Notes: generated by a model not told the origin, from the sequence alone. Positions 47,632 to 57,661 are shown, counted from the first letter of the stretch. The stretch: DNA of 64,000 nucleotides from Armatimonadota bacterium (GCA_020850315.1 JADZEY010000108.1:40005-104004); one strand, 5' to 3'. Program-made: numbers and translations.

Positions 47632-50600
47632 ATGAGCAAGCGCTACCGCTATTTGCTTGGTGTACTGGCCGCTCTGCTGCTGCCATGCACCACGTTGTTT
47701 GCAACAATGAAAGATTACTCATTCGCATCGGGCACGGGTACCGATACCGATATGAGTAAAGGAACCACGATCCTGAAATCTGGGAGCAGTGGTACGTCGT
47801 CGGCAGTAACCGATATCGGTTTCAAATTCGAGCTGGATGGAGTTGTGTACTCACAGTTTTCTGCGAACGCCAACGGTGCGTTGGGTTTGGGGAAATCGGG
47901 CGTGACTTCGGCAAGCGATGAGATTTTTGAGAAAGCCAGCACCTACCCATTGATTGCTCCCTTCTGGGATGGTGGAACGCTGGTCAACACCGGTGTTACC
48001 TACCTGCTGTCGGGCGCACCGGGAAAATATGTTCTGACGGTGCAGTGGGAACTACGCCCAAACGGAGTCCTCACGAAGGCCGATATGATTCGGTACCAAG
48101 TTCGCCTGTACGAAACCACCAATCGGATTGAATTCTACTTCGCTTCGATGAATATGAAGCAGAATCCATCAACCGCTGCACGTGTTGGCATTGCAACCTC
48201 CAACACCAATTTCCTGAGCGTGTACTTCGATAAAGGGGGAAGCCCAGCGTTGGATTACTCGTCGTCGCAGAAGGTGGATATTTCAAGCAATTCCATCAGC
48301 AACGGCACATCCTACACCTTCGACCCCACATACTGCGGAACTGTAGTCACCGGCGACGTTGCCCAGGGGGGAACCAGTGGAATGAAAAGCGGCGATGCCT
48401 TGTTCACAGCAATCAGCCTACCGCGCGGGGTTTCCAAAACATACTATCCGTTCGAGATTCGCACGGCAGCCAAGTGCTCGCAAACCACTTTCACGTTCAC
48501 CGTCACCGGAGCCAGTGCTTCCGACTACGTGATTTCGCCATCATCGGTGGTGCTTGCCCCGGGCAGTGGTATTTCGCCAGGGGTCATCTTCACACCAGGT
48601 TGCGTCGGTGCACGGTCGGCCACGCTGACAGTGAAAGGGACCAACGGCTTCAATGCCACCTACGCACTCAGTGCCACAGGGCTTTCCCGCATCAATTGGA
48701 CTGGGAACGTTGCCAGCGGCGGCGTGTCGCCGTTGAATGATGGTTCAAAACTTCTTGTAGGCCAGGGGACTCCGTACGGGACTACCCTGACGTTCGCCCC
48801 GTTCACTATCGGGAACATTGGAACAACAGTTGGTGCAAAATCTGCTGTTGTCACCTACACATTGAACGATCCTACTGGGCAATACCAACTGAACACCACT
48901 TCCGTCGCGCTGGGGAACAACGCCGCCCACACTCCGGTTATCACCTTTAAGCCAAATGGCTTTGGTGTGCAGACCGCGCAGCTAACGGTGAATGCCGATT
49001 GCGAAATCCGCACCTTCACCTTGAACGCGACTTCAACCGGTGCCGGCGGTGAGTTCCGCATCAATGGCCAAGTGATCAACGAGAAGTCAGATCTGTTCGT
49101 GAAAACGTTCGAGTGTTCTGGCGAGACGGTTACCTCCTTGGAGGTGACGGTAAGCAGCTTGGGGAACGACCCATTGGTGCTGAACGGAATGGAGTTCTTC
49201 CAGATGGATTCGCTGTACGGGCAAGGAAAACCAGCAAACCCGTTGCAGCGCAACCCGCAAGGTGCGCCAATTGCCATGCTTGATTATTTCGTCAGCGATG
49301 CGCCTGGCGTTGCTCCGGCTTTGAACAATACTTCAATGGCGTTCCCAATCGTTCTGAATCCTGGCGAGTCGCGGGTGTTCTATCTCAATTTTGTTCCGCA
49401 GCGTCCCGGCAAGCGGTTGTCGCGTGCGTTCATTGCAACCAATGCTGTGAACTTCGTCGGGAAGTCAACGGCAAACATCACCACAAATGGACTGCTAACG
49501 GTTGATCTGTTCGGTAAAGGGATTGGATCTTGGTTGGCCGCCGATGAGGAAGGAAAACCGCTAGACCCTGTGGGGTTTGGCAGCACAATGGTTGGGAAGT
49601 GGCGCGACACCACGCTCACCATCGCCAACGCTGGCGTGTGCGATCTGCGTATCGCCCGCACTGCTTTCCGTATTGCCAGCGGCGACACTCGCGACTTTAC
49701 GATTATTGATGGCCTTACCGGGGCCACGCTTGATGCCAATGGGGAGAAATACGTGCTGGCTCCGGGCGAATCGGCAACACTTACTGTGCGTTTCACCCCT
49801 TCCCGTTCCGGAATGCGCCGTGCCACGATCATGGTGCAATCCAACGATTCCACACTGGGCATTCCTGGCCTGATTGAAGGGGGCGCGTTCTACTGGGATC
49901 TGAAAGGAACAGGAGCGGTGGGGATTGAGGTTCGCGACCTTGCGCTATCGCCCGCAATTATTGATGGTCCGGCCACCGAGCTACCAACCGGAACGGTGAT
50001 GCTTGAGAACACCAGCACCGAGTTCTTGGTTGTCACCGATGTGGCAATACTTGGAGCCGATGCTGCCGAGTTCGGGATGAACCCATCGGCATCATGGCCA
50101 GCGGTTCCATTCCAGATGATGCCGGGGGAGATACGGAACCTTTCGGTGGTTCATACGCCAGCAACCGGAAGCACCCCCGGGCCGCGCTCGGCACAGCTGC
50201 AAGCAACCACAGCAAGCGGCGATCTTATCACCGCTAACCTAACCGGCGAAGCTGCAACGCGCCAGCTATCGGTTGGGTCGGCAACGTTGTTCGATAACGC
50301 CTCGGTGCCGGTTGGCAAATCGGTTCGGGGAAGCCTGATGATAACCAACATGGGAACCAGTCCGGTGAAACTTGGAACCACAACAATCACTGGGCCAACC
50401 GCCACCGACTATACCTTGGGGCGATTGCCACGCACGTTGTTAGCACCAGGGCAAACAGAGCGATTGGAGGTAACCTACCGTCCTTTGAACAAAGGCACCA
50501 GCAACGCAACGCTCACCATCAACAACAATGGAACCGAAGGAGCACTAACCGTGCAGCTTGGCGGAACGGCAACCACCATTGCCCCATTGCTGGAAAACCC

Positions 50601-50904
50601 TGCAACCGGAACCAGTGGGGTGGATGCTTCTGCAGTACTGACGGATGTGGCCTTGTGGCAAAGCACCCCCAACCCCGCTCGCGACGCTGTGGAAATCCAC
50701 TACCGCACCGCAGCAGCTGGCCCAGTGGTGATGAAGCTGTATGATGCCAGCGGGCGCGAAACGGTGACGATTGAGCAAGGCCAGCGCGATGCCGGCCAGC
50801 ATGTTGCGCAATTCTCTGTCAGCAACCTTCCTAATGGCCTCTATCGCTACACTCTATCAACCAACGGCCAAACTTTGACCGGCATGATGAGTGTGGTGAA
50901 GTAG
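47632..50904 (+). CDS. T9SS cargo adhesin-like protein with about 6 ASH/choice-of-anchor-D Ig domains
   Basis: Repeated L.PG.S....V.F.P...G.R.A.L.V motifs; NIDO-like N-terminus (LIAPFWD...YQVRLYE); QSTPNPA...GLYRYTL CTD. Confidence 0.88.
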   Translation: MSKRYRYLLGVLAALLLPCTTLFATMKDYSFASGTGTDTDMSKGTTILKSGSSGTSSAVTDIGFKFELDGVVYSQFSANANGALGLGKSGVTSASDEIFEKASTYPLIAPFWDGGTLVNTGVTYLLSGAPGKYVLTVQWELRPNGVLTKADMIRYQVRLYETTNRIEFYFASMNMKQNPSTAARVGIATSNTNFLSVYFDKGGSPALDYSSSQKVDISSNSISNGTSYTFDPTYCGTVVTGDVAQGGTSGMKSGDALFTAISLPRGVSKTYYPFEIRTAAKCSQTTFTFTVTGASASDYVISPSSVVLAPGSGISPGVIFTPGCVGARSATLTVKGTNGFNATYALSATGLSRINWTGNVASGGVSPLNDGSKLLVGQGTPYGTTLTFAPFTIGNIGTTVGAKSAVVTYTLNDPTGQYQLNTTSVALGNNAAHTPVITFKPNGFGVQTAQLTVNADCEIRTFTLNATSTGAGGEFRINGQVINEKSDLFVKTFECSGETVTSLEVTVSSLGNDPLVLNGMEFFQMDSLYGQGKPANPLQRNPQGAPIAMLDYFVSDAPGVAPALNNTSMAFPIVLNPGESRVFYLNFVPQRPGKRLSRAFIATNAVNFVGKSTANITTNGLLTVDLFGKGIGSWLAADEEGKPLDPVGFGSTMVGKWRDTTLTIANAGVCDLRIARTAFRIASGDTRDFTIIDGLTGATLDANGEKYVLAPGESATLTVRFTPSRSGMRRATIMVQSNDSTLGIPGLIEGGAFYWDLKGTGAVGIEVRDLALSPAIIDGPATELPTGTVMLENTSTEFLVVTDVAILGADAAEFGMNPSASWPAVPFQMMPGEIRNLSVVHTPATGSTPGPRSAQLQATTASGDLITANLTGEAATRQLSVGSATLFDNASVPVGKSVRGSLMITNMGTSPVKLGTTTITGPTATDYTLGRLPRTLLAPGQTERLEVTYRPLNKGTSNATLTINNNGTEGALTVQLGGTATTIAPLLENPATGTSGVDASAVLTDVALWQSTPNPARDAVEIHYRTAAAGPVVMKLYDASGRETVTIEQGQRDAGQHVAQFSVSNLPNGLYRYTLSTNGQTLTGMMSVVK

Positions 50905-50937
50905 GGGAAGCCGAACAATCCATCCGCATAACATTTA

Positions 50938-50966
50938 GAGGGAAGAGAAGCCATTTCTCTTCCCTC
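50938..50966 (+). terminator. Intrinsic terminator
   Basis: GAGGGAAGAGAA-GCCAT-TTCTCTTCCCTC followed by TTTGCTTT. Confidence 0.7.
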
Positions 50967-51074
50967 TTTGCTTTGTTGCCTTCCCCTGTTGCGATTTCTT
51001 CGGCAACTGCTGCTGGTGTTCTCTTCCCTCCTTCGTATCATTGCCATAACCTTCCAACTTTACACGGTGTTTCC

Positions 51075-51863
51075 ATGCGCATCTTCTACGGCTTCGCATT
51101 GTTGCTATCTGGCTACACTGGCAACGCCCAGGTGGTGATTAACGAGTTCATGTCCCATCCTGAAGACCCAAAGAATGAATGGGTGGAACTGTACAACCCT
51201 ACCGACTCAGCAATACCCCTGCATGGCTGGGCAATCAAAGATGCGTCGAAGAAAACCAAAGGGAGTTTATCGGGCAGCGTTCCGGCTAGGGGCTATCTGG
51301 TTGTGGCCCGCGATTCGGAATTGCTGTTGGATTTCTACTCCGATCTACAATCGGATTGTGTGATTGAAGCAACCTTGTCGCTTAACCATATCGGGGTGAA
51401 TGGGGGCGATAGTATCATCCTTTCCAAAGCGGATGGATCAACCGCCGATGCTTTGTATTACCAGAACAAATGGGGGCCAGAAAAAGGGCGGTCGCTAGAG
51501 CGGAAGCGGGCCGATATGCCAGCAAGCGATTCGGCCAACTGGCGGCCATCAACCGATGCCGACAGCGCAACACCATGCCGCCCCAACAGCACTCTGTCCG
51601 GACTGCAGCTCGGTATTCCTTCCCCCTCTCACTGGGTAGTCCGCTACGACCGTAGCAATCGAACAATACATACTTCCTGGATACTGGGTGATCTTCCCCT
51701 TGCAATCACTACTTTTACGATGGCTGGCCAACAGGAGACCACGGTGACACCAACGATTGAAAGCCATGAGGCAGCCCTTCCCGTAACTGCGCCAGGGCCA
51801 CGCATTGTGGTGGCACGATGGGCCAGCGGGCAGCAGCAATCCGAACGAGTCTTATGCTACTAA
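51075..51863 (+). CDS. Lamin-tail-domain (LTD) secreted protein with a degenerate CTD-like tail
   Basis: Start ATG 51075; VVINEFM...EWVELYNP...GRSLER...STPC pattern. Confidence 0.85.
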   Translation: MRIFYGFALLLSGYTGNAQVVINEFMSHPEDPKNEWVELYNPTDSAIPLHGWAIKDASKKTKGSLSGSVPARGYLVVARDSELLLDFYSDLQSDCVIEATLSLNHIGVNGGDSIILSKADGSTADALYYQNKWGPEKGRSLERKRADMPASDSANWRPSTDADSATPCRPNSTLSGLQLGIPSPSHWVVRYDRSNRTIHTSWILGDLPLAITTFTMAGQQETTVTPTIESHEAALPVTAPGPRIVVARWASGQQQSERVLCY

Positions 51864-51876
51864 AACAACATCAATC

Positions 51877-52395
51877 ATGATTAAAACTTCCTCACTTCCC
51901 CAGCAACGGATTCTTGACGTAGATACACACCTTACCGAAGATTGCTGGCAGCACGAGCGGCCATCGGCACTGGTGGTGGCGTGCAGCGACGGACGGTTGC
52001 AGCAAAACTTGGATGACTTCCTGCATAACGCGCTTGGGATTATTGATTACGATCGGCTTTATACCCCCGGCGGCGGCGGTGCGTTGGCCATTAGTGGCTC
52101 CGAACTTCTGCGCAGCGATGCCTACCGCCACGAGTGCCAATTCCTGATGAAAGCACACCAAATCACCGACATCTACTTCATGTTCCATGGCCCGTCGGAG
52201 GATGGGCCCGATGAGTCGCTGTGTGCCGATTACCGCCGCAAGTTCCCCAATGCCACTGCCGAGCAAGTCAGGAAGCAACAACAGCTTGATGCCCAGGAGC
52301 TTCAGACCGTTGATTGGGGGATTCCGGTGCGTATCCACGCTTACCGCTGCGAAGTCCGCCACGACGACCGCGTGCAGTTTGTGCGGCTGCTATAA
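51877..52395 (+). CDS. Hypothetical protein, beta-carbonic-anhydrase-like
   Basis: ACSDGR (CxDxR), PGG, and H...C(ADY) with expanded spacing; start ATG 51877. Confidence 0.55.
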   Translation: MIKTSSLPQQRILDVDTHLTEDCWQHERPSALVVACSDGRLQQNLDDFLHNALGIIDYDRLYTPGGGGALAISGSELLRSDAYRHECQFLMKAHQITDIYFMFHGPSEDGPDESLCADYRRKFPNATAEQVRKQQQLDAQELQTVDWGIPVRIHAYRCEVRHDDRVQFVRLL

Positions 52396-52535
52396 ACCGA
52401 TTTCTATTTTGGGGCTGGCTTTCTTTTTTCTGCTTGATTGCTGAAGCTGATCGCGGAAGAAGCATTGCGCCATCTCCACACGCCGACCGAAACATCTAAC
52501 CAACGTCATCACATATCCGAAACGGAGAACCGACC

Positions 52536-54056
52536 ATGCCGGAAGCAGAACAACCAACAACACCACAACCGCCAGCATCCACAATCGCCAACACACCCGA
52601 ATCAGCCGACCGCCTTGTTGTCACCCAACACAGCATAACAATCAATGGCCAGCTGGTCAGCTACACCGTAACTGCCGGGACGTTGGTGCTGAAAGATGAA
52701 GTGGAAGAAGAAAAAAAGGAGGGACAAACACCAAGCTGTGAGAAAGCAAAGGCGGCGGTCTTTTTTATTGCCTACACCCGCAACGACGTTCCCGATGCAG
52801 CATCGCGTCCAGTGACTTTTTCGTTCAACGGTGGGCCGGGGTCATCTTCGGTGTGGCTGCATCTTGGGGTTTTGGGTCCACGGCGTGTGGTGCTTGATTC
52901 CGATGGCCGCCCGCTTCCCCCACCATACCGCCTAACCGACAACGAGTACTCCTTGCTTGATTGTAGCGACCTTGTGTTCATTGATCCCGTCAGCACCGGA
53001 TACAGCCGCCCAATGCCGGGGGAAAAATCGCGTGAGTTCCACGGGTTCAAACGGGACATTGAGTCGGTGGGGGATTTTATCCGGCTGTACATTACCCGCT
53101 ACCAGCGGTGGGGCTCGCCAAAGTTTTTGGCGGGGGAAAGCTACGGGACAATCCGGGCGGCTGGGCTTGCTGGGTATCTTCAAGAACGGTACGGCATGTA
53201 TCTGAACGGATTGATGCTGATCTCCTCCGTGCTTGATTTCCAGACCGTTTCCTTTGGTCCGCCGAACGATCTCCCCTATCTGCTGTTTCTGCCGACCTAT
53301 GCCGCAACGGCATGGTATCATGGTAAGTTGAACGATGACCTTCAGGGCCGCCCGTTGGATGATCTGTTGCGTGAGGTTGAGGGGTTCGCTATTGGGGAGT
53401 ACGCGCTGGCCTTGCTACGCGGGGCAACGCTGAACCCCGATGAGCAGGGAGCCATTGCTGCCCAAGTTGCTCGCTACACTGGGCTCAGTCAAGAGTATGT
53501 TCGCCGAAGCAACCTGCGAATTGACATCCTCCGGTTTGCAAAGGAGCTGATGCGGGCCGAAGGGCGCACTGTGGGAAGGCTGGACAGCCGGTTCACCGGC
53601 ATGGATCGCGACGGCGTGGGGGAACGTTTTGAATACGACCCCAGCATGGCCGACACCACCGGCCCATTTACCGCAACCATGAACGATTATGTTCGGCGCG
53701 AGCTTGGGTTCCAGAGCGATCTTCCGTATGAAATACTCAACCCAAAAGTCTGGCCCTGGAACTACTCCGATTTTGAGAACCGCTACGTTGCTACAGCCGA
53801 AACTTTACGGCGTTCCATGACAATCAATCCCTACCTGAAGGTATTTGTGGCAAGCGGCTACTACGATCTTGGAACCCCCCATTTTGCAGCCGACTACACC
53901 TTCCACCATTTGGGGCTGAACCCAGCATTGCAGGGGAACATCACCATGAAGTACTACGAGGCCGGGCACATGATGTATATCCACCAGCCCTCGCTTGTGG
54001 CAATGAAGCAAGACCTTGCAAAATTTGTGCAAGCAGGCATTGGCGGGGGCAGCTAA
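52536..54056 (+). CDS. Peptidase S10 (serine carboxypeptidase)
   Basis: FNGGPGSSS, FIDPVSTGYS, GESYG, GYYDLGTP, YEAGHMMY catalytic triad motifs. Confidence 0.93.
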   Translation: MPEAEQPTTPQPPASTIANTPESADRLVVTQHSITINGQLVSYTVTAGTLVLKDEVEEEKKEGQTPSCEKAKAAVFFIAYTRNDVPDAASRPVTFSFNGGPGSSSVWLHLGVLGPRRVVLDSDGRPLPPPYRLTDNEYSLLDCSDLVFIDPVSTGYSRPMPGEKSREFHGFKRDIESVGDFIRLYITRYQRWGSPKFLAGESYGTIRAAGLAGYLQERYGMYLNGLMLISSVLDFQTVSFGPPNDLPYLLFLPTYAATAWYHGKLNDDLQGRPLDDLLREVEGFAIGEYALALLRGATLNPDEQGAIAAQVARYTGLSQEYVRRSNLRIDILRFAKELMRAEGRTVGRLDSRFTGMDRDGVGERFEYDPSMADTTGPFTATMNDYVRRELGFQSDLPYEILNPKVWPWNYSDFENRYVATAETLRRSMTINPYLKVFVASGYYDLGTPHFAADYTFHHLGLNPALQGNITMKYYEAGHMMYIHQPSLVAMKQDLAKFVQAGIGGGS

Positions 54057-54083
54057 CGAGCTAACAAAACATCTGGTTCATGC

Positions 54084-54124
54084 AAAAAAAAGCCGGGGTG
54101 ATAGTATGCCACTATCACCCCGGC
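54084..54124 (-). terminator. Intrinsic terminator for the histone-like gene
   Basis: GCCGGGGTGATAGT-ATGCC-ACTATCACCCCGGC with an A8 run on + (U-tract on -). Confidence 0.8.
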
Positions 54125-54174
54125 GGCGTTATCTGCCGAAGATGGTTTCCCATCAGCGTTGCAGCCGATAGGGA

Positions 54175-55257
54175 TTACTTCTTCTTTGCAGCAGGCTTTG
54201 CAGCTGGTTTGGTTGTCACCTTCGCAGCAGGCTTTGCAGCGGATTTTGCTGCTGGTGCAGCCTTTGCCGGAGCAGCAGCCTTTTTCGCAGGTGCGGCCTT
54301 TGCTGGCGCAGCTTTCTTCGCCGGAGCAGCCTTTGCTGGAGCAGCTTTTGCCGGAGCAGCCTTTGCTGGAGCAGCTTTTGCCGGAGCAGCCTTTGCTGGA
54401 GCAGCTTTTGCCGGAGCAGCTTTTGCTGGAGCAGTTTTTGCTGGAGCAGTTTTTGCCGGCGCAGCCTTCTTCGCAGGTGCGGCTTTTGCTGGAGCGGCAG
54501 CCTTCTTCGCCGGAGCAGCTTTTGCTGGCGCAGCCTTTGCTGGCGCGGCAGCTTTCTTCGCAGGTGCGGTCTTTGCCGGAGCAGCCTTCTTGGTTGTTGC
54601 AGGAGCAGCTTTTGCTGGAGCGGCAGCTTTCTTCGCAGGTGCAGCCTTTGCCGGAGCGGCTTTTGCCGGAGCAGCTTTTGCCGGAGCAGCCTTCTTGGTT
54701 GTTGCAGCGGCAGCTTTTGCGTCCATTGCTACTGACTTAATATCAGTGCGGCGAGCCGATGCGCTGCCTTTTTTTGCAGCGGCTTTCTTTGCCGGAGCAG
54801 CAGCCTTCTTCACAGGTGCAGCCTTTGCTGAAGCAGCCTTTGCCGGAGCGGCTTTCTTCGCAGGAGCAGCAGCTTTCTTCGCAGGTGCGGCCTTTGCTGG
54901 CGCAGCCTTTGCCGGAGCAGCCTTTGCTGGAGCGGCTTTTGCTGGAGCAGCCTTTGCTGGGGCAGCCTTTGCCGGAGCAGCTTTCTTCGCAGGTGCAGCC
55001 TTTGCTGGGGCAGCCTTTGCCGGAGCAGCAGCTTTCTTCGCAGGTGCAGCCTTTGCTGGGGCAGCCTTTGCCGGAGCAGCAGTTTTTTTGGCAGGTGCAG
55101 CTTTAGCAGGTGCAGCCTTTGCTGGCGCAGCAGCTTTGGCAGGTGCAGCGGCTTTCTTTGCCGGAGCAGCAGGCTTGGCTGCGGCTTTGGTGGCTGCTGG
55201 TTTTGCAGCAGCCGTGGAAGCAGCGGGCTTTGCCGCAGCTTTCTTAGTTGTGGCCAT
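54175..55257 (-). CDS. Histone H1-like Ala/Lys/Pro repeat protein (AlgP/Hc2-like), 360 aa
   Basis: [10 protein letters not shown] start with upstream GGAG; dozens of [11 protein letters not shown] repeats; own terminator. Confidence 0.85.
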   Translation of the reverse strand: MATTKKAAAKPAASTAAAKPAATKAAAKPAAPAKKAAAPAKAAAPAKAAPAKAAPAKKTAAPAKAAPAKAAPAKKAAAPAKAAPAKAAPAKKAAPAKAAPAKAAPAKAAPAKAAPAKAAPAKAAPAKKAAAPAKKAAPAKAASAKAAPVKKAAAPAKKAAAKKGSASARRTDIKSVAMDAKAAAATTKKAAPAKAAPAKAAPAKAAPAKKAAAPAKAAPATTKKAAPAKTAPAKKAAAPAKAAPAKAAPAKKAAAPAKAAPAKKAAPAKTAPAKTAPAKAAPAKAAPAKAAPAKAAPAKAAPAKAAPAKAAPAKKAAPAKAAPAKKAAAPAKAAPAAKSAAKPAAKVTTKPAAKPAAKKK

Positions 55258-55415
55258 AATGGTCTCCAGAAAAATGGTTATGAATCCCTTGCTTGATTGC
55301 GCCAACGGCCTTGGGCCAATCAAGCCCTATCTGCTAGTAGCTTATGGCAGGTGAGCTTCTGCGTTGCAGCAAAAGATCAATAGCACAAGCTGTTATAGCC
55401 TTGAAAAAAATGGGG

Positions 55416-56192
55416 TTATTGATCTGCGGCTTCTGTTGTTTTCCATTCATCATACAGCTGCCGCAGAAGCTGGACATCTTCCCATGTGGAGCGTTTCCAC
55501 TGTGGGTTGCGAAGCAGTGCCGCTGGGTGATAGGTCACCACCATCGTGATACCGAAATAGTCATGAACGCTGCCACGCAGTTCCTTCATCGTGGCTTTCC
55601 GATTAAGCAACGAACATGCCGCAGTTAGCCCCACGGCCAAGATGAATTTTGGTTTGATTAGGTCAAGCTGCTTGTACAGGTATGGGATGCACTGCACAAC
55701 CTCAGCCAGTTCCGGTCTTCGGTTCCCCGGTGGGCGGCTTTTGATGATGTTGGCAATGTAAACGTCATCGCGCCCCAAGTTGATAGCTGCCAGAATTTTG
55801 GTTAGCAGTTGCCCCGCCGCCCCAACAAACGGTTCGCCGGAAGCATCTTCATCGGCTCCAGGTGCTTCCCCAATCACAACGATATCGGCGTGTGGGTTGC
55901 CGGTGCCGAACACCAGTTTGTTCCGTGTTTTGCCAAGCGGGCATTTCTGGCATCCGGAAATCATCTGCTGCATTACGTCTAACGATTGGGCGTTCACCCA
56001 ATCTTCATTCACCAACGCAAGGTGTTCGGCAAACCGTGACCCTGCTGTATTGGCAGGTTTGGTAGGGTCCTGGGATCGTTCTTGCGCCGCCGCCGCACGC
56101 CTCGTTTTTTTTTCCTGAATGATAGCACCAAACAGCGCGTCCTGCTGCGTAGCAAACTGGCGTACTTCTTCTTTCAGCGATTGCTGCTTCAT
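55416..56192 (-). CDS. Uracil-DNA glycosylase family 4
   Basis: CQKCPL, VIGEAPG, PFVGAAGQLL, NIIKSRPP, TYHPAALLR. Confidence 0.93.
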   Translation of the reverse strand: MKQQSLKEEVRQFATQQDALFGAIIQEKKTRRAAAAQERSQDPTKPANTAGSRFAEHLALVNEDWVNAQSLDVMQQMISGCQKCPLGKTRNKLVFGTGNPHADIVVIGEAPGADEDASGEPFVGAAGQLLTKILAAINLGRDDVYIANIIKSRPPGNRRPELAEVVQCIPYLYKQLDLIKPKFILAVGLTAACSLLNRKATMKELRGSVHDYFGITMVVTYHPAALLRNPQWKRSTWEDVQLLRQLYDEWKTTEAADQ

Positions 56193-57430
56193 GGGGTGAA
56201 TGTCTGGGGGATAGTGCGTGTGGATAGCAGTTGTGTGGCTGCATCAAGGATTGCGGCGGCGCACTCCCGTTTGGTAATCATCGGCAATGGCTGTTCGGTT
56301 CCATGCCCCACAATCGTGATTCGGTTGGTATCGGCCCCGAACCCTGCATTGGCTTCTGTTGCTGGGTTAGCAATCACCAGATCGCAGTTCTTTTCCATCA
56401 GCTTGGCTTGCGCCGATTCTATCAGCCCTTCCGTCTCCAACGCAAAACCGATCAACACTTGTTCGGCACGTTTCCGTTCCCCAACCCCCCGCAGAATATC
56501 GCGCGTGGGGCGCAGCTGAATCAGCATTTCTGCCTCGGTCATTTGCCGGCGTTTCAGTTTCTGTTGTGCGGTGTGTGTTGGGGTGAAATCGGCAACGGCA
56601 GCTGCGGCGATAATGATGTCGGCTTCATCGCTACAGGCATCAACCGCTGCGGCCATTTGTTCGGCAGTCATAACGTGCACAACATCCACGCCCGTTGGTT
56701 GTGGTAGCGATGTTGGGCCGCTAATCAACGTCACCCGCGCACCACGGTCGCGTGCTTCTTCGGCCAGCGCGTAGCCCATTTTCCCGGATGAATGATTGGC
56801 GATAAAACGGACTGGATCAATCGGTTCGTGGGTGGGGCCGGCAGTGATAAGTACCCGCCGGGATTGCAGCGAAGCAGACCGCGCAAAGTATGCAGCAAGA
56901 TGATCGGCAATCTGGATAGGCTCGGCCATTCTGCCGGGCCCAATTAGTCCGCTTGCAAGCTCCCCTTCCCCAACAGGAATCACCTCGGCACCGAATGAGC
57001 GCAAGGTCTCAAGGTTGCGCGCAAGCGCGGGGTAGCGGTACATATCGGTATCCATCGCTGGGGCAACAAACAGCTTGCCGCGTAGTGCAGTTGCAATCAC
57101 TGTCAGTGCGTTGTCGCTGATCCCTGCGGCCAATTTGGCAATCGTGGAAGCGGTGGCGGGTGCAATCACCATGGCATCGGCCCATAGCCCCCAATCAATA
57201 TGCCACGAACCGCTTGCGGGCTCATCGCCTGGTGCTGGAAACATGTTGAGCGCGACGGGATACTTGGCAAGGGAGGCAAAGGTGAGTGGGGCGATGAAGT
57301 GAGAGGCGGCGGGGGTCATCGCGACCCTGATAGTAGTGCCGCGTCCAACCAGTTCTCGCGCAAGAATTGCTGCTTTGTATGCTGCGATGCTGCCGGTTAC
57401 CCCGATGATGATGTTCTTGCCGATCAGTGC
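56189..57430 (-). CDS. coaBC: Bifunctional phosphopantothenoylcysteine decarboxylase/synthetase
   Basis: Frame extends 5' of the ORF call: ALIGKNIIIGVTGSIAAYKA; APATA, PAMDTDM, GRMAEP, TAGPTHEPIDPVRFI, AAAVADF, GFALET. No ATG/GTG/TTG in frame at the N-terminus. Confidence 0.93.
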   Translation of the reverse strand, partial: ALIGKNIIIGVTGSIAAYKAAILARELVGRGTTIRVAMTPAASHFIAPLTFASLAKYPVALNMFPAPGDEPASGSWHIDWGLWADAMVIAPATASTIAKLAAGISDNALTVIATALRGKLFVAPAMDTDMYRYPALARNLETLRSFGAEVIPVGEGELASGLIGPGRMAEPIQIADHLAAYFARSASLQSRRVLITAGPTHEPIDPVRFIANHSSGKMGYALAEEARDRGARVTLISGPTSLPQPTGVDVVHVMTAEQMAAAVDACSDEADIIIAAAAVADFTPTHTAQQKLKRRQMTEAEMLIQLRPTRDILRGVGERKRAEQVLIGFALETEGLIESAQAKLMEKNCDLVIANPATEANAGFGADTNRITIVGHGTEQPLPMITKRECAAAILDAATQLLSTRTIPQTFTP

Positions 57431-57623
57431 TTTAACCTCATGGTATGAACGAATTGGCGCGAAGATATGAAAAGAGAAAACGTGTTCGTATGGTTGCTCT
57501 TGCTACGAGTGTAATTTTTTTGAACTGCCTACCGAAGAAGGCCACATCATCAACCATCTTTTCTGCTATCGAAGCGCACCGTGGTGGGCGGGATAGCACG
57601 ATGTCTGCCAACTGAAAAACAGC

Positions 57624-57661
57624 GAGCGGAAGCAGCAACCAAGTGGCTGCTGCTTCCGCTC
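57624..57661 (-). terminator. Intrinsic terminator
   Basis: GAGCGGAAGCAGCAACC-AAGT-GGCTGCTGCTTCCGCTC with an A-run on the + side. Confidence 0.7.

Noticed and set aside
54080-55354. 424-aa + strand ORF of AGAAF repeats (and overlapping 193-aa and 115-aa ORFs)
   Set aside because: Antisense and alternate-frame shadows of the A/K/P repeat gene; the minus-strand ORF has the RBS, a sensible start and a correctly oriented terminator.
55416-56192. Phage origin (SPO1 DNA polymerase-related label of UDG family 4)
   Set aside because: Translationally coupled to coaBC with no phage genes nearby; ordinary repair gene.
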